Shown here: positions 8,773 to 17,737 of the stretch, one piece after another
Layout of the letters: every line of letters starts with the position of its first letter
Numbering within the stretch: position 1 is the stretch's first letter
Assembly (NCBI GenBank): GCA_964399305.1
Contig: CAYNQJ010000001.1
Coordinates: 36,415-100,414 of the forward strand
Direction of reading: 5' to 3'
Source: an uncultured Luteolibacter sp.
GTDB taxonomy: Bacteria > Verrucomicrobiota > Verrucomicrobiia > Verrucomicrobiales > Akkermansiaceae
DNA length: 64,000 nucleotides
The notes under the pieces: generated by a model
The model's input: only the letters and a program-made list of their open reading frames with translations
Database searches by the model: none
What the model was told of the DNA's origin: nothing
Position numbers and translations under genes: made by a program

Positions 8773-10040
8773 ACCCGCATTACCGGCTGCTGCTGCCTTG
8801 CCTGATGTCCGCTGTCGCGGCAGGCTCGGAGGTTCATGTCGGTGAGGGGAGGGAGCATGCGACAATCCGCGCGGCGATTGAGGCGGCCGCGACAGGTGAC
8901 GAGATTGTCGTCCATCCCGGAATCTATCAGGAAGGGAATATCAGGGTGGACAAGCCGGTCATGTTGCGTGGCGATGGGTGGCCGGTGCTCGATGGCGCGG
9001 GGAAACACGAGGTGATGACAATCACCGCGGCGGATGTTTCCGTCCGCGGGTTTGAAATCCGCAACAGCGGGGTGAGCGCCCTTGAGGACCTTGCGGGCGT
9101 GAAACTGGCGGGGACCCGCCGTGCGGTGGTCTGCGGAAACCGGTTCCGCAACTGCAATTTCGCGGTTTTTCTCGCCAACGCGGGCGATTGTCTGGTCGAG
9201 GACAACGACATCATCGGCAGGCCCGGCGGCGAGCAGGAGTCCGGAAACGGCATACACATCTGGTCCTGTGAGAAGATCCGGGTCCTTCGCAACCGGGTGG
9301 GATCGCACCGGGACGGCATCTATCTGGAATTCGCCACCGGGTCGCTCATCGAGCACAACGTGGTGAAGGACAACCTGCGATACGGATTGCACTACATGTT
9401 TTCGCATGACAGCGCCTACCGTCACAACCGTTTCGAGCGTAATGGAGCCGGCGTGGCGGTCATGTACACCCGCCATGTGGAAATGAGTTCGAACCACTTC
9501 GTCAACAACTGGGGCAGCTCCGCATACGGACTGATGCTCAAGGACATGACCGACGGGAGCATCACCGGCAACAACTTCGATCGCAACTCGACCGGCATTG
9601 CCATGCACGGATCCAACCGCATGAAGATCGAGAACAACCGGTTTTCGGAAAACGGCTGGGCCATCCAGATCCAGCGCAGCAGCTCGGACAATCTTTACCG
9701 GAGAAACAACTTCAGCGGCAACTCGTTTGACATTGCCGCGGATGGCGAGCTCGACAACAACCGGTTCCAGAACAACTACTGGGACAAATACGAGGGCTAT
9801 GACCTCCGGCGCGACGGGACCGGCGACGTGCCGTTCCGCCCGGTCAGCCTGTATGCGGTGGTGGTCGGCCGGATTCCATCCTCCGTCCTGTTGCTGCGCA
9901 GTCCGGTGGTTCATCTGCTGGACCAGGCAGAGAAGGCGTTTCCATCGATCACTCCCGAGCGTGTGGCGGACGAGAGTCCCGCGATGCGCCCCCATCCGGT
10001 CCCATTTCATCCAGAACCCAAACCCGTAAAAAAACCATGA
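8769..10040 (+). CDS. nosD: Nitrous oxide reductase maturation protein NosD
   Basis: Beta-helix repeats, GNGIHIW, HRDGIYLEF, LRYGLHYMFS, NYWDKYEGYDL..DGTGDVPFRP; ATGA overlap with upstream gene. Confidence 0.95.
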   Translation: MNPHYRLLLPCLMSAVAAGSEVHVGEGREHATIRAAIEAAATGDEIVVHPGIYQEGNIRVDKPVMLRGDGWPVLDGAGKHEVMTITAADVSVRGFEIRNSGVSALEDLAGVKLAGTRRAVVCGNRFRNCNFAVFLANAGDCLVEDNDIIGRPGGEQESGNGIHIWSCEKIRVLRNRVGSHRDGIYLEFATGSLIEHNVVKDNLRYGLHYMFSHDSAYRHNRFERNGAGVAVMYTRHVEMSSNHFVNNWGSSAYGLMLKDMTDGSITGNNFDRNSTGIAMHGSNRMKIENNRFSENGWAIQIQRSSSDNLYRRNNFSGNSFDIAADGELDNNRFQNNYWDKYEGYDLRRDGTGDVPFRPVSLYAVVVGRIPSSVLLLRSPVVHLLDQAEKAFPSITPERVADESPAMRPHPVPFHPEPKPVKKP

Positions 10041-10597
10041 TCCCGCAGTCCGCCATCCGCATTCTGACAAGTGCCGCCATGGCCGCCGCATTGTGCCAGT
10101 GCGACGCCCCGCCAAATGAATCCGCCGCTGGTGCATCCGATGGGGCGCCATCCGTCGGGCAATCCGCCGTAGCCGACGACGTCTCGCAAAAGGACATCGT
10201 CAAAATCGCCGCAGGCAGTGCGGCGCACACCACCCTGGTGGCGGCGGTCAAGGCGGCCGAACTCGTGGATGTGCTGTCCAACGCCGGGCCGTTCACCGTA
10301 TTCGCGCCCACCAACGAGGCTTTTGACAAACTGCCCGAAGGGACCCTGGACGAGCTGCTCAAGCCTGAGAACAAGGACAAGCTCGCGGACATCCTCCAAT
10401 ACCATGTGCTGATCGGCGGGTATCCCGAGGAGAGGTTCACGGATGGCGCCACGATCGGCACCGCAAGTGGAGGATCTGTCAAAATCGCGGTCAAGGATGG
10501 CAAGGTCGTCATCAACGACAGCGCCACCATCATCGGCACGGTTGCCGCATCCAACGGCTTGGTGCATGTCGTGGATGCGGTGGTTCTCCCACAATGA
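10037..10597 (+). CDS. Fasciclin (FAS1) domain exported protein
   Basis: GPFTVFAPTNEAF, ILQYHV, ASNGLVHVVDAVVLP; N-terminal signal with Cys; ATGA overlap with nosD. Confidence 0.93.
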   Translation: MIPQSAIRILTSAAMAAALCQCDAPPNESAAGASDGAPSVGQSAVADDVSQKDIVKIAAGSAAHTTLVAAVKAAELVDVLSNAGPFTVFAPTNEAFDKLPEGTLDELLKPENKDKLADILQYHVLIGGYPEERFTDGATIGTASGGSVKIAVKDGKVVINDSATIIGTVAASNGLVHVVDAVVLPQ

Positions 10598-10762
10598 GAC
10601 ATGCCACTCATGTTTGATATTTCATCGGATTCGACGGTCGCAGATTGCCTTCGGCCAACCGGATTGCGCTGCGCGATGCATGCAGAGTCGCTATCGCTCC
10701 GACTGGTTTGCCGCCACAATCATGTCTTGCGTCTTGTGTCATAAAGTCTTGAGTCTCTACCC

Positions 10763-11479
10763 ATGCTTGTTTCCCGCAGCCTCACCAAATCCTTCGGTCG
10801 CCTGCGCGCCTTGGATGATGTGAGTGTGTCGATGGAGCGCGGGCAGTCGGTGCTGCTGATCGGGCCGAACGGGTCCGGCAAGACCACCTTCATCAAGTGC
10901 GTGCTCGGGCTGGTCATTCCGGACAAGGGAGGGATCACGCTTGACGGCACATCCCTGCTTGGCAACCCGGCGCCGCGCCGCAATATCGGCTACATGCCGC
11001 AGATCGGGCGTTTCCCGGATCATCTCAAGGTCGGCCAGATCATCGAAATGATGCGGGAAATCCGCCGGGGATCGCATGTGCGGAGCGACGAGGATCTGAT
11101 CGAAGCCTTTGGCATTGCCAAGCTGGCCCACAAGACGGCGCGCACCTTGTCGGGTGGCATGCGGCAGAAGCTCAGCGCCTGCCTTGCCTTCCTGTTCGAC
11201 CCGGAAATCCTGATTCTCGACGAGCCGACCGCCGGTCTGGATCCGGTGGCGGCGGAGATCCTCAAGGAGAAAGTCCGTGCGGAACGCGCGAAAAACAAGC
11301 TCATCCTGATGACTTCGCACATCCTGAGCGATCTCGATGAGATCACGAGCGACGTGCTTTACCTGATCGACGGCCGGGTTCGATTCTATCGGCCGATCGC
11401 CGAACTTTTTGAAGAATACGGCGACCCGAAGCTCGGGCGGGTCATTGCCAGAATCATGAGGGAATCCGCCGATGCTTAG
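10763..11479 (+). CDS. nosF: ABC transporter ATPase NosF
   Basis: Walker A GPNGSGKTT, signature LSGGMRQK, Walker B LILDEP, H-loop; nos operon context. Confidence 0.92.
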   Translation: MLVSRSLTKSFGRLRALDDVSVSMERGQSVLLIGPNGSGKTTFIKCVLGLVIPDKGGITLDGTSLLGNPAPRRNIGYMPQIGRFPDHLKVGQIIEMMREIRRGSHVRSDEDLIEAFGIAKLAHKTARTLSGGMRQKLSACLAFLFDPEILILDEPTAGLDPVAAEILKEKVRAERAKNKLILMTSHILSDLDEITSDVLYLIDGRVRFYRPIAELFEEYGDPKLGRVIARIMRESADA

Positions 11480-12239
11480 GATCGTCAAATACGTCATCCG
11501 CGACATCATCCGCAGCCGCATCATTATTGCGTATGCGCTGATCCTGCTTGCCGCGTCGTTCGGGCTTTTCAACCTGGGTGGAGATGTGTCGAAAGGGCTG
11601 ATCGGCATGCTGAGCCTGGTGCTGCTGGTGGTGCCGATGGTTTGCCTGATCTTCGGAACGATCCATTATTACAATTCCTACGAGTTCATCGAACTGCTCG
11701 CCTCCCAGCCGCTGAAGCGCGGGACGATACTGTTCGGTGAGTATCTCGGGGTGGCGACGGCCTTGTGCGGAGCCCTGGTGCTGGGGATCGGCCTGCCGGT
11801 GGTGCTTTATGCGGCCACCGCCACGGGATTCACCCTGCTGGCTGTCGGGCTGGTGCTCACCCTGGTGTTCGTGGCGCTGGCGTTTCTGGGAGCGGTGGCC
11901 ACGCGTGACAAGGCGCGCGGTGTGGGCATGGCGATGCTGCTGTGGTTTTACTTCGCGCTGTTGCACGGCGGGTTGATGCTGCTGGTTTTGTTCGCCTTCG
12001 AGGATTATCCGCTCGAGAAACCGACGATGGCGATGATCGCGCTCAATCCGATCGACTTGGGCCGGGTGGTGGTGCTGCTGCAGATGGATGTGTCCGCGCT
12101 GATGGGGTATACCGGTGCGTTGATGAAGGATCTGCTCGGCACCGTGGCGGGGATCTCGCTGTGTGCCGGCATATTGTCGCTATGGACATTGCTGCCCCTG
12201 GTTTTCGCCTGGTGGCTCTTCCGCAAAAAAGACCTTTGA
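11472..12239 (+). CDS. nosY: ABC transporter permease NosY
   Basis: Multi-TM protein with ELLASQPLKR and LNPIDLGR motifs; overlaps nosF. Confidence 0.92.
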   Translation: MLRIVKYVIRDIIRSRIIIAYALILLAASFGLFNLGGDVSKGLIGMLSLVLLVVPMVCLIFGTIHYYNSYEFIELLASQPLKRGTILFGEYLGVATALCGALVLGIGLPVVLYAATATGFTLLAVGLVLTLVFVALAFLGAVATRDKARGVGMAMLLWFYFALLHGGLMLLVLFAFEDYPLEKPTMAMIALNPIDLGRVVVLLQMDVSALMGYTGALMKDLLGTVAGISLCAGILSLWTLLPLVFAWWLFRKKDL

Positions 12240-12283
12240 CTTGCAAGGGCATGGCAGGTTCACCAGCTTTATCCATCAACCAC

Positions 12284-12712
12284 ATGGCCGGTTTCCAATC
12301 CATCATCCGCAGACTGGCTGCAGTCGCGTTGATCCTGCTGATGCAGGGTCCGGCGATGCTGGTGCAGGAAGTGGCATGGGTGAAAATGCTCGCCAGTTAC
12401 ACCCAGGAGCGGGGCTTGAAGCGCGGAGTGATCGAGACCTTCGATGGCAAACATCCGTGCAAACTGTGCAAACAGGCCGATGAGATCCGCCGACAGGAGC
12501 AACCGCGCGAACCGGCTGAAAAACCGTTGCCAGCAAAACCGCCGCGCCTCGCATGGGCGGACATGGTCACCGGCGAAATGCTGGGGGTCCCGGACATCTC
12601 CGGCCGTGACATCCCCGTGAGCGTGATCGCATGCGTCGCGCGGGATTCAGGCAAGGGCGCGGACTCGCCGGAACCGCCGCCGCCTGAGGTGGGTTGCCCG
12701 GTCGTCGGTTGA
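12284..12712 (+). CDS. Small exported/membrane protein with H-P-CxxC and C-terminal PEPPPP; candidate CruR/CutF-like copper-sensing leader ORF
   Basis: 142 aa (alternative start 12251): hydrophobic N-terminus, TFDGKHPCKLC, SPEPPPPE near the stop; directly upstream of a copper-type TonB receptor. Confidence 0.7.
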   Translation: MAGFQSIIRRLAAVALILLMQGPAMLVQEVAWVKMLASYTQERGLKRGVIETFDGKHPCKLCKQADEIRRQEQPREPAEKPLPAKPPRLAWADMVTGEMLGVPDISGRDIPVSVIACVARDSGKGADSPEPPPPEVGCPVVG

Positions 12713-12718
12713 AATGAC

Positions 12719-12740
12719 GTGGCCCGGGCGTTCCGCCCGG
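12719..12740 (+). repeat. REP-like palindrome, family B
   Basis: gtggcccgggcgttccgcccgg, closely matches 7681-7701; both are preceded by gac and follow a stop codon. Confidence 0.7.
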
Positions 12741-12771
12741 AGCTTGTTCGCACTCATCTTGCCCATAAAGG

Positions 12772-12870
12772 CTGTCTGAAACATGACGTTCCAGGTCGCG
12801 CCTTGCGCTCCTGGGGGAACAGCCCTTGTGCAGGATGCGCAAGGAAGCACGCAAGATGCGTGCGCTCCCC
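12772..12870 (+). repeat. Dispersed repeat family A, copy 2 (ends in a GGAG-type REP hairpin on the minus strand)
   Basis: Inverted relative to 4504-4600; the 3' end reads GGAG-C-GCACGCA-TCT-TGCGTGC on the minus strand. Confidence 0.85.
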
Positions 12871-12932
12871 GATTCAAGACAGGCTCATGCGAGCGTGTCT
12901 GCATTTTGATGTTATCTAACAAATAATACCCC

Positions 12933-14984
12933 ATGAAATACTTCCATTGTCTTCCTGCCGCGACCACTCTGTGGTGCGGACTTTTCCATCACTGTCTGGC
13001 GCAGGACGCGATCCGGACGCTTGAACCGCTCTATGTCAGGGCGGGAAGTCTGACCCGGACCCTGCAGCCGGGCGAAACCCCGGTCGGCGCGGATTCCCTG
13101 CGCGCGACTGACGCCGCCGCTCTGGTCAGGCATCTTCCCGGCGCTGCGATTGTGCGCAACGGTTCGCAAACCGGGATCCTCCAACTGCGGGGGCTCTCGG
13201 GCGACCGCGTCGCCGTGCGCGTCGATGGCATGACCATCACGCCCGCTTGTCCCAACCACATGGATCCTCCGCTGCATTATGCGGGTCCCGTCGGCGGCGA
13301 TCTCATCGAGTGGTTTGCGGGGATTTCACCAGTCAGCGCGGGCGGTGATCACATTGGCGGGGCCATGTCCGTCAAGAGCGCGGCACCGCTTTTTGCCGAT
13401 GGAGACCGGATTCTCACCAAGGGGACCCTGGGAGCTTCGTTTCTGGGCAGTCAGGACGCGCTTGTGCTCAATGCGGATCTCACCGTTGCATCGGGAGATG
13501 GCAGCCTGCAATACCGCGGTTACGGTGCGACTGCGGATGATCTGAGGTATCCCGGCGGACGTGTCAGCGCCAGCGGATATGAAATCATGCGTCATGGCCT
13601 CACGGGTGCATGGAGGACGGCCGGTGGCTACATTGCGGTGGACGCCGGGTTTTCCGCGACCCGTGATTCAGGGACACCCGCGTTGCCGATGGACATGATC
13701 AAGGATGATGCCTGGCGCTTCGGATTCACCCATCAGGAAACCTACGGGTGGGGATCGGTTGAAAACCGCTTTTATGTCCATGACATCGACCACCTCATGG
13801 ACAATGACTCGCTGCGTCCCGTGGCGGGCATGGCCATGGAATCTCCATCGGCCAGCCGTGACTTCGGCTGGCGGGGGGATGTCACCCTGCCGCGCGGCGA
13901 GAACCTGCTGCGGGTGGGGGTTGATCTCCACCGCAACGAGTTCGAGGCGGAGCAAGTGGCGCGCGACAGTGGATTGCGGCGCGATACCTTCGCCGACAAC
14001 CGGCGCGGCCGGGTGGGTGCCTATGCCGAGTGGGAGCAAAAGCATTCGTCGCAATGGGTGTCCCGCGTGGGGATCCGCGCCGATGTCGTCTTCAGCGACG
14101 CGGACAAGGTGGGCAACGAAATCATGAACATGGGTGCGATCATGAATGACATGGACGCGTTCAACCGTGCTGACCGTTCCTTCACCGATGTGATGGTGGA
14201 TGCGACCGCCGCGCTGCGCTTCACTCCGGACGAGCGGACGGGGATCGAGCTGGCCGTTGCCATGAAAAACCGCGCGCCATCGCTGGTGGAAAGGTATTTG
14301 TGGACGCCGCTCAACGCCAGCGCCGGGTTGGCGGACGGTAGGACGTATCTGGGAAACCTGGATCTCGATCCCGAGACCTCGTTCCAGGTGGCCTTGGAAT
14401 TCACGCGCAAGGGCGACAAGTGGCATGCGGGAGTGACTCCGTTCTATCAAAGTGTCTCGGATTACATCCAGGGCATGCCGATCAGCCGGATGTCCGCGGG
14501 GAAACCGGTGCTCCAGTATCAGAACATCGATCGCGCCGAACTCTACGGGTTTGAAACGAGCGGCGGCTACGATGCCGGGAACGGGTTCACTCTGGATGCA
14601 AGTGTGAGCCATGTCCGCGGGCGCAACAGGGAAAGCGGCGGGGATCTCTATCGGATCGCCCCGTTGAGAGGCATGTTCGATTTCGGATATGAACATGACA
14701 AATGGGAGAACCATCTCGAATGGGTGTGGGCAGCTGCGCAGAACCGGGTTTCGGAAATGCAGGACGAACAGCCGAGCCCCGGCTATGGCATCCTCAACCT
14801 GCGGATTGCGCGGACGTTTTCATCGGTGCTGCGGGTCGAGGTGGGTGTGGAAAACCTCCTGGACAAGCGGTATGCGGATCACCTCGGAGGCGTAAACCGG
14901 GTGGGGGGCGGTGATCTCGACGTTGGCGAGCGAATTCCGGGTGCGGGCCGGTTTGCCTATGCCGCGGCGTCCTGGGCCTTCTGA
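12933..14984 (+). CDS. TonB-dependent outer membrane receptor, OprC/NosA-like (copper)
   Basis: Signal peptide, plug motif LRGLSGDRV.V.VDG, ACPNHMDPP (CxxxM) and DHLMDN (HxM) as in OprC-type receptors, GVENLLDKRY, terminal aromatic F. Confidence 0.88.
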   Translation: MKYFHCLPAATTLWCGLFHHCLAQDAIRTLEPLYVRAGSLTRTLQPGETPVGADSLRATDAAALVRHLPGAAIVRNGSQTGILQLRGLSGDRVAVRVDGMTITPACPNHMDPPLHYAGPVGGDLIEWFAGISPVSAGGDHIGGAMSVKSAAPLFADGDRILTKGTLGASFLGSQDALVLNADLTVASGDGSLQYRGYGATADDLRYPGGRVSASGYEIMRHGLTGAWRTAGGYIAVDAGFSATRDSGTPALPMDMIKDDAWRFGFTHQETYGWGSVENRFYVHDIDHLMDNDSLRPVAGMAMESPSASRDFGWRGDVTLPRGENLLRVGVDLHRNEFEAEQVARDSGLRRDTFADNRRGRVGAYAEWEQKHSSQWVSRVGIRADVVFSDADKVGNEIMNMGAIMNDMDAFNRADRSFTDVMVDATAALRFTPDERTGIELAVAMKNRAPSLVERYLWTPLNASAGLADGRTYLGNLDLDPETSFQVALEFTRKGDKWHAGVTPFYQSVSDYIQGMPISRMSAGKPVLQYQNIDRAELYGFETSGGYDAGNGFTLDASVSHVRGRNRESGGDLYRIAPLRGMFDFGYEHDKWENHLEWVWAAAQNRVSEMQDEQPSPGYGILNLRIARTFSSVLRVEVGVENLLDKRYADHLGGVNRVGGGDLDVGERIPGAGRFAYAAASWAF

Positions 14985-15073
14985 TCGGTCCGGTGTGGAA
15001 TGCGCCATGCGAAATCAGCGGGTCGCTCGTTTTCGGATTGCCTAGCCGGGGATGACGGAGACGATGGCCGCGC

Positions 15074-16084
15074 ATGGCGTATTCCGCAACCCGGGCGTAT
15101 GAATTGGTCTCTTCCGCGCATGAGCGTGGCCGGCTGGCGCATGCATTCCTGATCAGTGGTGCCCATGGCTCGGGCAAGGAAGAACTCGCCGCGCGGCTGG
15201 TCCAAATGGTCAGTGGCGGAAGCGGATCCGGCGGCATGGATTTGTTCGGCGAGCCGGTGGTGGAAGTCACCCCGCCGTTGGATGAACTTGAAAGCGGATG
15301 GGTCCGGATCGTCCGGCCGCGGATGAAATCCCGCCGCATCGGCGTGGAGGAAATCCGTGATTTGGAACAGACACTCCACCTCGCCGCACCGGGTGGCGCG
15401 TGCAAAGTGGGTGTCATCACCGAGGCCGACCGCATGAGCGACCAGGCTGCCAACGCTTTTTTGAAAACACTGGAGGAACCGCCGCAAAACACCTTGTTGC
15501 TGCTGCTGACGGCCAACCCGCAGCGGCTGTTGCCGACGATTCTCTCGCGCTGCGTCCGGATTCCTTTGTTAGGTGGTCGCGCGCTGCTGGCGGAGGGCGG
15601 TGCGGAGCTGGTCGCCGCGCTCAACCATGCGGCGACGCGGGGCTTCGGCACGCCGGTGGCGGCGCTCCAACTGAAGGCGGTTTTCACCGGCTTTCTGGCG
15701 CGAATCCGCGAGACCGCCGAGAGTGAGGCGAAGGCTGCGGAGAAAGAGGAATCGGCCGCCTACAAGGATGGGACGGACGGGGTCTGGCTGAAGACGCGCG
15801 AGGAGTTTCACAAGGCGGCCGCCGAGGCGGAGTATCTGGACGCGCGGAACCGCCTCTTTGATGTGCTGATGGCATGGATGGCGGATCTGCTGCGGCTCCG
15901 GGTGAACTCCACTGGCCTTGATTTCCCGGATTCCGCCCGAACGCTGCGTCCCATCGCAGAGAAGGAAACCGAGATCCGCCTGCTGCAGCGGATGCAGGCG
16001 CTGGATTCGCTGCGCCGCACCCTTGAAACCAATGCCTTCGAGGCACTCGCCATCGAGGTGGGATTTCTCAAGGCCTTTGGCTGA
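15074..16084 (+). CDS. holB: DNA polymerase III subunit delta'
   Basis: LAHAFLISGAHGSGK, IGVEEIR, ADRMSDQAANAFLKTLEEPP, LLPTILSRC. Confidence 0.92.
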   Translation: MAYSATRAYELVSSAHERGRLAHAFLISGAHGSGKEELAARLVQMVSGGSGSGGMDLFGEPVVEVTPPLDELESGWVRIVRPRMKSRRIGVEEIRDLEQTLHLAAPGGACKVGVITEADRMSDQAANAFLKTLEEPPQNTLLLLLTANPQRLLPTILSRCVRIPLLGGRALLAEGGAELVAALNHAATRGFGTPVAALQLKAVFTGFLARIRETAESEAKAAEKEESAAYKDGTDGVWLKTREEFHKAAAEAEYLDARNRLFDVLMAWMADLLRLRVNSTGLDFPDSARTLRPIAEKETEIRLLQRMQALDSLRRTLETNAFEALAIEVGFLKAFG

Positions 16085-16115
16085 AAACCGCCGGTTCTTT
16101 CGGCCCGCCTGCCAT

Positions 16116-17522
16116 TCATTTCGCTCCCTTGCCGAACAGCACGGCGGGAATCGTTCGCAGAAGAATCTTGGTGTCGAGCCAGAGCGACCAGTTGTCGATG
16201 TAGCGCAGGTCCATTTCCACCCACTCCTCGAAGCTGCTGATTTTGTTTCTGCCGCTGGCCTGCCACTCACAGGTGACGCCGGGTTTCACGCTGAGGCGCC
16301 TGCGGTGGGAGATGTCGCAGAACGCCTCGACTTCATAGAGGGGCAGCGGCCGCGGTCCGACGAGGCTCATGTCGCCTTTGACCACATTGAGGAGTTGGGG
16401 CAGTTCATCGATGCTGAATTTCCGGAGGAACGCGCCGAAGGGGAAAATGCGCGGGTCGTTGTCGAGTTTGAAGACCGGGCCTTCCATCTGGTTGCCATGG
16501 TCCTGCTTGATCTGGTCCAGCATTTGCTCGGCATTGGCGACCATGGTGCGGAACTTCCACATCCGGAACGGGCGGCCGTATCTGCCGGCGCGCATCTGTG
16601 AGAAGAACACCGGAGCGCCGGGGCTTTTGATGCGGATGCCGACGGCCGCGACCAACCACAACGGCGAGCTGAAGATGATCACGAGGAGGGCGCCCATGCG
16701 GTCCAGCACATCCTTGCAGAGCAGCTCCCATGAAAGTTCGGGGGTGGACCGCAGCACCAGCATCGGTTTGTCACCCACTGCGTCAAACACCGGCCTGGCG
16801 ATCTGGGTGCGGATGAACGATGCGGCGATCCATGCCTCAACTCCCTGCAGCTCGCAGGCCTCTACGGCGCGTGCCACCTTATCAAACTCGATTTCCTTGG
16901 CGGCGAAGATCACGCGGGCCACGGAGTGTCCCTTGAGCATGGCGAACAGTTCCTCCACGCCGCGGGTTTTCAAATCGAAGTGTTCGACCACATGCCACTG
17001 GGCGACGATATCCGGATCGAACTCAGCGAGGAGCTCATCCATTTCCAGGCCGGTGCCCGCGATCATCACGCGTTCCTTGATTTCGGTGCGCAGCGCCCTG
17101 CGCCGCAGCCAGATCGAAGTGAAGCGGTCGCGGGCGAGCAGGAGGATGAAAATGAAGACAAACCCGAGGCCGACGACCAGACGGCGCGTTCCCGTGACCT
17201 TGGCTGCGATGGCGAACAGGCCTACCAACAAGGCGATGATGATGAGCGCCTGGAACAACTGTGAGATCGCAAGACCCGCGCTTTTGGTGCGGATCCGGTC
17301 GTAAAATCCGAGGGGCTCGAGAATCAGCGGCGTGAAGGGAGCGGCGATGAACAGCAGCCAGGTGATGGATTCCTTGACCACATAGTCCTCAACATTCCAG
17401 CCTTGAAATTGATAGATGAGGTAACGTGTCTGCCAGGCGAGCCAGAATGCGATGCACACGAGGACCGCGTCCGTCAATTGGAGCATCTGGATGCGGAATG
17501 CCTGTCGTCTGCTGGTGGCCAT
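16116..17522 (-). CDS. Polyprenyl-phosphate glycosylphosphotransferase (WcaJ/WbaP-type priming sugar transferase)
   Basis: N-terminal TM helices; KFRTM, DPRI..FG.FLRKFSIDELPQLLNVVKGDMSLVGPRP, DLRYIDNWSLWLD. Confidence 0.95.
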   Translation of the reverse strand: MATSRRQAFRIQMLQLTDAVLVCIAFWLAWQTRYLIYQFQGWNVEDYVVKESITWLLFIAAPFTPLILEPLGFYDRIRTKSAGLAISQLFQALIIIALLVGLFAIAAKVTGTRRLVVGLGFVFIFILLLARDRFTSIWLRRRALRTEIKERVMIAGTGLEMDELLAEFDPDIVAQWHVVEHFDLKTRGVEELFAMLKGHSVARVIFAAKEIEFDKVARAVEACELQGVEAWIAASFIRTQIARPVFDAVGDKPMLVLRSTPELSWELLCKDVLDRMGALLVIIFSSPLWLVAAVGIRIKSPGAPVFFSQMRAGRYGRPFRMWKFRTMVANAEQMLDQIKQDHGNQMEGPVFKLDNDPRIFPFGAFLRKFSIDELPQLLNVVKGDMSLVGPRPLPLYEVEAFCDISHRRRLSVKPGVTCEWQASGRNKISSFEEWVEMDLRYIDNWSLWLDTKILLRTIPAVLFGKGAK

Positions 17523-17737
17523 GGAGTCTGAGATTTCAGTCCCGGGGGGGAGTGGCAAGGGAAGATGGCTTGGAATCTCCGGGGCATCAATCCCTTAAAG
17601 CTGAAAATTCACAAAGATTGAAAATTGGAGGAATTCTCCTTGGCGGCATCATTTTGGCCTGCAAGGTCCGCCATGTGATGGGCCGGTTTGTTTTTAGGCT
17701 GGCATTTGCAGGGTGACATGGTGATTTCGCGGGCGCC

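Noticed and set aside
15074-16084. HolB lacking the four-Cys zinc module
   Set aside because: Loss of this module occurs in various bacterial delta' proteins; the other motifs are intact
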